A stretch of 64,000 bases of DNA from Chiloscyllium plagiosum (lineage: Eukaryota), in assembly GCF_004010195.1 (NCBI RefSeq), contig NC_057759.1, forward strand, positions 3,661,044 through 3,725,043, given 5' to 3'. Below the pieces are notes generated by a model. That model worked only from the letters and a program-made list of their open reading frames with translations. It was not told the DNA's origin and did no database searches. Below are positions 55,370 through 64,000 of the stretch, piece by piece; position 1 is the stretch's first letter; every line of letters begins with the position of its first letter. The translations under genes and the position numbers were made by a program.

Positions 55370-55480
55370 TCAAAATGCTCAATGCAGACTGTTGGCTTCA
55401 ACTAATAGGATACTTAAGCAAGAAAGAAGGCAAACTCAGATCTCAACGTCCAAAGTATCAGGTGGAAATTTCGTCGGAAA

Positions 55481-55511
55481 ATGTTCGCATTTTCAATCTT
55501 TCTTACAACTG
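55481..55511 (+). CDS. Ig-like receptor exon 1, leader part 1 (MFAFSIFLTT-V)
   Basis: aaaATG context, hydrophobic 10 codons, G|gtaagt phase-1 donor. Confidence 0.75.
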
Positions 55512-56964
55512 GTAAGTAGCCTGCCTTCGAAGATGATACAATAGCAGTATTGAGTTAACTTCTGATCGCCTCATTAAAGGAAGGATGTGGAAGCTTTAGA
55601 CTGGGTACAGAGGAGATTTAACAGGATGCTGCCTGGACTGGAGGGTATATCTTATGAAGAAAGTTTGAGGGCGCTCAGGATTTCTCATTGGAACGAAGAA
55701 GGAAGAGAGGTGACTTGATAGGGGTGTACAAGATGATGACAGGCACAGACACAGTGGATAGCCAGAGATATTTTCCCAGGGTGAAAGGCTATCATGGGGG
55801 GAAGGGGTACATAATTTTACGGTGTTTGGACGAAGGTTTACTGGAGAAGTCTGAGGTAGGTACTTTACACAGAATGGTGTGAGTGTGTAATACACTGCCA
55901 ACAGTTCTATGAAGGCAGATACATTAGGGTTGTTTAAGACATTCTTAGATAGGCACGTGGATTGATAGTAAAATGATGGGTATGTAGGTTAGTTTGGGCT
56001 TAGTGGCAGATAAAAGGTCCGCACAACATGGAGGGCCGAAGGGCCTGTACTGTGCAGTACTATTTTATGTTCTATGTTTAAATATCCTCAAAAAGGTCCA
56101 TCAGATTTCTGAAGCATGTTCAGTATTTAAAGCAGCCAAACTGGTTCTGTCCAATTTTGCCATTTTGCCAAGCTGACAAAGAACTGCATTGACACATTTT
56201 CTTCGCTATTTAAAAGGCTATCGAGTCAGCATGACCATTTTCAATATCTATAGAATTATGAAAGTTGGTCAACAATGCAGCAATTATGTTTCTGGCACTC
56301 TTATAATCCACTTACTTTCAACTCTAGAAATTCTGATATCTTTCATAAAACATACTAAGTCCAAGTTCCCATTAGATATTGTCCATGAAAGGAACTGGCT
56401 ATTGTTGTGGAACCTGAAATGTTTATTTATAATTTTGCGCATCTCCTATTGACCATTTTTTGTGTACTTTCAAAATTTATTCCAGTTCTTTGGTTGTGCC
56501 GTATTTTCCATTGTTCAGCTTTAAGATGAATGATGTCACACTCAAACTTAAAATAAAACTCTGTAGTATAATGGTCACAATTTCCAACAACTCTATGCTG
56601 TTATGGTCACTATTTCCCGAGAAAAAGAACAGGAAATAACATCACTACAGTAAATGATGTGACCACAGTAAATGACATCACCAACCCAAAGAAACCCAAC
56701 ATCTAAATGGAAAGCAGGAATTATCAACAGTGCTTTCCCGGAGACATTCTGAATAGGTTACTAGTAGAATGACGAAACGTCTGGAAATGAACCTTCCAGC
56801 TTCAGCGAGCAAACCTACATCCACATCTTCCAAAAACAATACAATCCCTTTTCGTGGTCCGACCTCCAAATGTGTCATTACAGAAATTTGCATCTCTGTC
56901 TGTCTCCAGATTTTTAAATAGTAACATATTAATATTAATCAATTCCTTTATCACTTCCCAATAG

Positions 56965-57000
56965 TCCACTTCCACATTTTGGTCGAAATGCAGGAGATAT
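56965..57000 (+). CDS. Ig-like receptor exon 2, 36-nt leader mini-exon (V)HFHILVEMQEI(Y)
   Basis: cttcccaatag|...|gtgagt, phase 1-1, conserved in the inverted paralogue. Confidence 0.85.
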
Positions 57001-58019
57001 GTGAGTATGAGAATTTAAAATGCATTTAATTCTTTTACATATACTTAACTGTCTAAATGCTTTTCCACTTGATTATCAGATTGATTGATGAGAAACAGTT
57101 TAAACAAATGTACGGCTAAAATTTGTATCCAGCTTTATCGACATCATTTTGAAAGTTAATGTTATCGTGCGTCTTTTTATTGTCCGTCTATCATGGAGTG
57201 TCACCGATTGGTTGATTATATTTCCTGGCAGTGGACAGAAGAAATAGTGTGAGAATTATAATGAATAATATGAACCTCGTGGCACGATCAGGTTCTGTTG
57301 TTTGAAACTTTATAATCATATTATGACCATAAGAAGATTAAACAAAATTTTATAAACATTAGTCGTACAGTCCCAGAGATATATGACACAGCCATCAGAT
57401 CGATTCTAGTCAAAAGCAGCCACCTCACTATTCTCTAAACCCGTTTTCCCAGAACTTGGTCAAAATCCTTGGTATCACAAGTGTTCATCTAAATTCTTCT
57501 TCAATGTGGTGAGGGTTTCTGCCTCTCCCACCCTTACAGACAGTGAGTTTCAGATTCCCCACTGATGTGAAAACATGTTTCCTCACATCCCCTCTAATCC
57601 TACTTGCCCTTACCTTCAATCTTTGTCCCTCTCCCGTACTCATTGATCTCTCCGTCAATGAGCAGAAAGTTCTTCCTGTCTACCTTATGCATCCCAATAA
57701 TGATCCTCTCTAAATATCCTCTGCTGCAGCGAAAATAACCCTTGTTTGTCCACTCGCCCTCTCACTGAAACTCTACAGTCCCAAGGTAACATCCCTCTGC
57801 ACCCTCTCCTAGTGCTGTCACATCCGTTCTAGAATGTGGATTCCAGATCTGGGCACATTACCCTCGTTCGATGACCGAACCAACACTTTATACAGTCCCT
57901 GCATCATCTCCCTGCTCTAAAACTCTGTGCTCTAAAGGCAAGTATTCCCGTACACTTTGATTAATTTCAAACAGTAAGTGGAACTATCAGCTAAAACTGA
58001 GTAACTTTAGTCTGAAATC

Positions 58020-59720
58020 CTTATGCAGTCTTGGTTGTGAGTATGTTCGCCGAGATGGGCAATTGATTTGCAGATATTTCATCCTCTGTCACGGTGACAT
58101 CTTCAGTGCTTTGTAGCCTCCTGTGAAGTCGTGCTGCACTGTGTCTTCTGGAATTTGGCTCCGTTTCTGCTGCTTCCAGTTCTTCGTTGTAGTGACCGGT
58201 ATATTGGGTACAGGTCAAGGTGCTTGTTGATGGAGTCCGTGTCCATGCTTCGAAGAATTCACTGGCTGACCTCTGTTTAGCTTGTTCTGTGATCGTTGTC
58301 TTGGCCCATTCAAATTTGTTTTCCCTGTCTTCTGTGTGTATAGCTACTCGGGTTAGCTGGTCGTGGTGTTTAGCGGCCAGTTGGTGTTCATGGTTGCAGA
58401 TTGCTAGTTGTCTGTCTGTACATCATCTACATTATTACGTGCAGTCTTTGCATGGTATTTTGTAAATTATTTTAGTCTTGCACATGCTGGGTAAGGGTGT
58501 TTTGTCCTTGTGAGTTGTCTGAGCATGGCTGTCGATTTATGGGCTGACATGAAACCTCATGGTCGGAGAAGTCTGATGTCAACTCGGAGACATTTTTTAA
58601 AATCAGGTAGCGTGGCTAATTTGTTAGGACGTGGCATGTCCTTGTCACGTTGGTTGTTAGCCATCTGCGAATGTAGTTGTAGTGATATCCGTTCTTGGTG
58701 AAGACTCTGTGCACGTGTTTTTTATTCTCTTTGTAGGCCGGGAGTGCTGCAGAGTGTTGAATCCCTAATACAGATTGTCTCGTGGATGTTCGGGTAGTTG
58801 CTGTTGTAATTCAAGATCTGGTCAGGGTGTACTCTTTTGTGGTGCATTCACTGTTCTGTGTTGTTTGTACCATCGCATCCAGGAATAGGAATCGATTGTT
58901 TCTTTCCTCCTCCTGTAAATGTGATTCCTGTGAATATGGTATTAATGATCCGGTGTATATTCTCAATTTATGTTCTCTTACTGATGACAAATGTGGCATC
59001 GCTGTATCTGATTCAGAGTTTGGGTTAGTCTTGTGCTAGTGCTGCTTGTTCCAATCTTTGCATCACTGCTTCTGCTATGAGCCCAGGGATGGGTGAGCCC
59101 ATAGGTGTCCCATTGATCTGTTCATATATTTGAATGCGAAGTGTGTCTAGTATTTTGAGTACACAGTCCTTGTTGGTAGGTTTCCACATCATGTTTTCTG
59201 TTCTGCCTGTTCAGGAGATTGGAAATAGTCTCTCTAGCCAGAGTTTTGTCAAGTGACATAAACAGTGCTGTTACATCAAATGAGACCATTGCTTCGTGCA
59301 AAGGCAGCCTGAAACACGATAAAGGGCAAACAAGAATAAGACTAACAATCCGGATGAACGAACACCAACTAACCACTAAATGCCACGACCAGCTGTCCTG
59401 GTAGCCGTACACACAAACGACAAGGACCACAAATTTGACTGGGACAATACAACGATCAAAGCACACGCTAAACAGAGGACAGTGAGAGATTTGATAGAAA
59501 CAGGCACGGACTCTATCAATAATCACATTGACTTGGACTCAATATAACGGCCACTACAATGAACAACCATAACTGGCAATCAGAAGCAGCAGAAACAGAA
59601 CCAGATAAACAGTACATAATGTTTCACAGGAGTTTCCAATGCACTAAAGATGCCACATGGAGAGGGCACAAAACATCTGCAAATCAATTCCCAGCTGAGA
59701 ACCCAGGCTACAAATCGATG
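58020..59720 (-). mobile_element. PLE fragment (RT + GIY-YIG) with an inverted + strand piece at ~59290-59720
   Basis: MVSFDVTALF, INGTPMGSPI, FLFLDAMV, RMNEHQL; specific to this paralogue's intron. Confidence 0.8.
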
Positions 59721-59826
59721 TACAAACATTTTCAATAAAGTTCACATGAAGTCAGCTTATTGTAACAGTTCAGACATTTTGATTAAACATATTCTACAGA
59801 TGAAATGTTTTAACTGAATTCCGCAG

Positions 59827-60117
59827 ATGATTTCCCCAAGCCAATAGTATCCCTGAATCCATCATATGGAGTGTTTTTGGAAGGAGAGGCAACATCAGTG
59901 AATTGTAGCTGCCAATGTCCAGTCACAAGGGTACAATTTTTTTACAATTCCATATGTCATCACAAAGATCTTCATGAAGGACAATGTGAAACATCTTTAC
60001 CGTTAACACCCTTAAACAGAGGCAAAGCAAGTTACATGTGTGAATGTTTATTTCTGTTGGAGAATGGAACATGGAGAAGATCAGGATTGACTGATCCTGT
60101 TCAGATACATGTCGGAG
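59827..60117 (+). CDS. Ig-like receptor exon 3, Ig domain 1 (7 Cys)
   Basis: ccgcag|ATGATTTCCCCAAGCCA...GTCGGAG|gtatgt; 291 nt open, phase 1-1; DFPKPIVSLNP...VNCSCQCP...ASYMCEC...SGLTDPVQIHV. Confidence 0.88.
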
Positions 60118-60149
60118 GTATGTCATGAAACCTACGTTTACTTTGTATT

Positions 60150-61270
60150 TGATGCTTGATTTAATTTTGTCACATGCACTGAGATAAAGTGAAAAGTGTA
60201 GCTTCACAAGCTTTACACGCAGATCGTGCCTTACAATGTGCATCAGAGTAACTGAGTAGAGTGCAGAATACAGGGATACAGCTGCAGAGAAGGTACAGAG
60301 AGAGACCAGAATTAATATTTGAGAGGTCTGTTCAAAAGTCTGGTAACAATGGGGAAGAAGTTGTTCTTGAATCTGTGCAATCATGTATTCCAACCCTTGT
60401 ATCGTTTACCTGACGAAAAAGAGTGGCATACAATAAAATTACGGTGGTGGGGATTTCTTGATTATTTTGGTTGCTGTCCTGAGTATCGAAGAGATCAAAA
60501 GATGGAAGGTTGGTTTATACGTCGTTCACAACTCTCTGTGATTTCTTGAGCACTTGCTATACTGTGCTGCAGTCAAATATGGTGCAATTATAAAAAAAGT
60601 ATTAAGGGCAGCTTGTGGACATTCTGCCCTTTGTTAGCCTCCTGAGGAAGTAGAGAACCTGTTATGCATCCTTGACCATCGCGTTGACATGCGAGGTGCG
60701 TGACAGATTGTTTGCAATCATCACTGCCAGGAACTTGTCACCCTCGACCATCTCTACTTCAGCACTATTGATGCATCTGAGGGCATGCCCTCCTCTCTGA
60801 TTCTTGAAGTCAATGCTGAAATCCTTGATTTTGCTGATTTTGCTGATGTTGTTGTCTTTACAAAATGCTGCTAAGCACACAGTTTCTTTTCTGTATTTCG
60901 TCTCATCATTGTTTCACATCTGACCGATAACGGTGGTTATCGGTCAGATAACCTGTGAATGGATTTGGGTGAGAATTTGGCCCCACAGTCGTGAGTGTGT
61001 TATGAGTATAGATGTGTGCTGAAACCGCAACCATGTGGGGAATCGGTATTGTGGATTATGATAGAGGAAGCATTGCTGCACATTCTGACTAATTGTGGTC
61101 TATGTATCAGGAGTTCGGGATTCAGTTACAGAGGGAGGAGCCGAGACCGAGGTCTCAGAATTTAGAAATGGGTTCGTTTGGAATTATGGTGTTGAACGCG
61201 GAGCTGTAGTCAGACACTGACGTAGGTGTCCTTGCTATCCAGAAGTTCCAGGGATGAGCATAGTGATGTC
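60150..61270 (-). mobile_element. Rex1/Babar-type LINE 3' part, positionally equivalent to 42120-44520
   Basis: Homologous 3' end just downstream of the Ig1 donor; NSAEVEMVEGDKFLAVMI.NNLS. Confidence 0.7.
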
Positions 61271-61309
61271 TGCTGGGGACAGTTAAAACACTGACATTGA
61301 TCTAACAAT

Positions 61310-63640
61310 GTGTAAAAGTGCCCAGGTACATCCGGTACACAAAATGCAAGACAAATCCAACCGACCAATTACCGCCCAATTAGTCTACTCTCCGTCATCA
61401 GTATAGTGATGGAAGGGGCCATTAAATTGTGGGCGGTACGGCGGTACAGTGGCACAGTGGCTAGCACTGCTGCCTCACAGCGCCGGAGACCCGGGTTCAA
61501 TTCCTGCCTCAGGCGACTGACTGTGTGGAGTTTGCACGTTCTCCCCGTGTATGCATGGGTTTCCTCCGGGTGCTCCGGTTTCCTCCCACATTCCAAAAAT
61601 GTGCAGGTAAGGTGAATTGGCCATGCTAAATTGCCCGTAGTGTTAGGTAAGGGGTAAATGTAGGGGTATGGGAGGGTTGCGCTTCGGCGGGTCGGTGTGG
61701 GCCTGTTTCCACACTGTAATGTAATCTAAAATGTGCTATCAAGCAGGTCCTGCTCAGCCACAATCTGCTGAGTGCCGCCCCGTTTTGGTTTGGCCAGGAT
61801 CCATCAGATCCAGATCTCAATACAAATCTCAATCTCAGTTCAAACGTGGAAAAAAGAGTTGAATTCCATGGTTGAGGTTAGCTTCATACCTCGCACAAAA
61901 GAAGATGGTTATGGTTATGGAGGGTCAGTCATCTCAGCTTCGGGACATCACTGCAGGAGTCCCTCAGGGTCGCGTCTTCCACGCAACAATCTTCAGCTGC
62001 TTCATCAACGGCCTTTGATATTCGGCAATGATTGCACAGAGTTTAGCGTCATTTGTGACTCCTCAGGTACTGAAGCAGTTCATGTTTAAACGCAACAAGT
62101 TCTGGACAATATCAGGCTTGGGCCAACAAGTGGCAAGGAACATTCGCACCACACAAATGCCAGACAATGGCCAAAGGAAACTGTGAGAAGTAACGGGAAT
62201 ACAGACTACTGGGATAATGGTAAGACTCTTGGTAGTATCAGTGAGCAAAGAGATCTCGGTGTCCATGTGCATAGATCCTTGAGAATTGACACCCTGGTTG
62301 ATAGTTTTGTTGAGAAGGCGTATGGTTTGTGGGTAGAGGGATTTAGTTTCGGAGCCATGAGGTCATGTTGCAGCTGGACAAAATTCTGGTGCGGCCGCGC
62401 TTGAAGTCATGTGTACATGTTGGTCGCTGCATTATAGGAAAGTTGAGGAGGCATTTGAACGAGTGCAAAGGAGATTTTGCAGGATGTTGCCTGGCATGGT
62501 GGGGGGGCCTTATGAGCAAAGGGTGAGGGACATCAGGCTGCATTTGTTCGAGAGACGAAAGTTGAGAGGTGACTTATTCGAGACATACAAGATAATCACA
62601 TGATTGGATCGGGTGGATAGTGAGAGCTTTTACCTCGGGCGATGCTGGCTAGCACGAGGGGACACAGCTTTAAATTGAAGGATGGGTGACTTCAGAGGTA
62701 GATTCCTTGCTCAGAAAGTAGTAGGGGCGTAGAATGCCCTGCTTGCAAATGTAGTAGACTCACCAACTTTACTGGCATTTAAATAGTTATTATATAAATA
62801 TATGGATAATAATGTTATAGTGTAGGTTAGATGGGCTTCAGATCGGTTTCACATGTCAATGCAACGTCGATGGCCGAGGGGCCTGTGCTAGACTGTATTG
62901 TTCTATGTTCCATCGCAAGTAAGAGATGCTCTAACCACCTCCGTTTGACGTACAATGGTATTACCTTCACGGAATCTCCTACTGTCAACATGGTTGAGAT
63001 TACCATTGACAGGAAGGTCAGCTGGACTCACCACGTAAAACACAGTGGCTCCAACAGCCGTTCGGGGATGAGGGATACTACGGTGTGTAACTCACCTCCT
63101 GAAACCCTAAAATCGATACACAAAGCACAAGTCAGGAGTGTGATGGAAACGACCCCACATGCGTGAATTGGGGCAGCCGCAACAACATTATAACACTTGA
63201 CATCATGCAGGACAAAGTGACCCGCTTGATTGGCACATCTACAAGCTTTCAATCTCAGTACCACCAGTGTTCAGTAACAGCAGCATGTACTATTTACAAG
63301 ATGCACTGCAGAAATTCTCCAAATATCCTTAGTACCTTCCAAACCCATGACCACTTCCAAGTAGAAGGACGAGGGCAGGAGATACTTGGAAACATCACTA
63401 CCAGCAAGTTCCCCTCCAAGCCACTCACCACCCTGACTTGGAAATATACCACCTTTCCTTTCGCAGTCATTGGACAAAATCCTGGATTTCCCTCTCGACC
63501 GGCATTGTGGGTAAACCGACAGCAAATGGACTGCAGCGATTCAAGAAAGCAGTTCCCACCAGTTTCTTAAGGGCAAATAGGGACGGGCTATCAATGCTGG
63601 CCAGCTAACGACGCCAAAGTCCCATAAATGAAAAACAAAA
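61310..63640 (+). mobile_element. L2/CR1-clade LINE interrupted by a V-SINE (~61435-61729) and a CR1 fragment (~62175-62910)
   Basis: NYRPISLLSVIS.VMEG; ESPTVN; KAQVRSVME; LDIMQDKVTRLIG. Confidence 0.75.
61435..61729 (+). mobile_element. HE1-like V-SINE
   Basis: A/B boxes, V-core and tail. Confidence 0.9.
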
Positions 63641-63879
63641 ACTCAATACTAACATTATGTAGTGTACTATTTTATAGGATGATATCAGTTAAGGTTTATT
63701 TGGTTAACATTTACTTTGCAACTTGTTTATGCATTTGATTTAAAAATTTTGCTATGAAGATCTCTCTTTCTGGACTTTGCAATTGTTTTCTTCCACACTT
63801 TCTTCTTTCGAGTGTTTTGATTTTTTAAAAAATACGATTGTTCTTTTTTGTAAAAGTCTACTTTAAAATTATGGAACAG

Positions 63880-64000
63880 ATCAACTCTCCAAACCGAATA
63901 TCAAAGCGTTGTCAGATTCCGATGCCAATTCAAGCAGGGACATTGTATCGATTTCCTGCCAAGGTGATATTCGGCCCAGTGGAGGAATATTCTCCTTTTA
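63880..64000 (+). CDS. Ig-like receptor exon 4, Ig domain 2 (partial, runs off the window)
   Basis: gaacag|ATCAACTCTCCAAACCG; DQLSKPNIKALSDSDANSSRDIVSISCQGDIRPSGGIFSF, homologous to 41217-41100; not in the ORF track. Confidence 0.85.
   Translation, partial: MNSPNRISKRCQIPMPIQAGTLYRFPAKVIFGPVEEYSPF

Overview
Vertebrate genomic DNA, very probably from an elasmobranch (shark). The evidence is repeated HE1-type V-SINEs plus abundant CR1, L2, Rex-type LINE and Penelope-like fragments. Most ORF-track entries are TE debris or spurious. The real genic signal is in the right half: two divergently oriented (head-to-head) paralogues of an Ig-superfamily receptor, reconstructed by hand from splice signals. 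The + strand copy looks intact as far as the window goes: leader exon 55481-55511, 36-nt leader mini-exon 56965-57000, Cys-rich Ig1 59827-60117, and Ig2 from 63880 running off the end. The - strand copy comprises mini-exon 46342-46377, Ig1 44549-44845, Ig2 40888-41217, TM 37858-37950 and a cytoplasmic exon 33752-33779. It carries several independent lesions and looks like a pseudogene. The split leader with a 36-nt second exon and C2-type Ig domains resembles leukocyte-receptor-complex (KIR/LILR/FCAR-like) genes. The left half holds an inverted Penelope pair with an in-frame 117/129-bp tandem array inside the RT, an old direct segmental duplication (~13.0-19.7 kb vs ~28.4-32.9 kb), ISRE-like motifs and an assembly gap. 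TE boundaries are approximate and family names come from motif recognition, not database searches.
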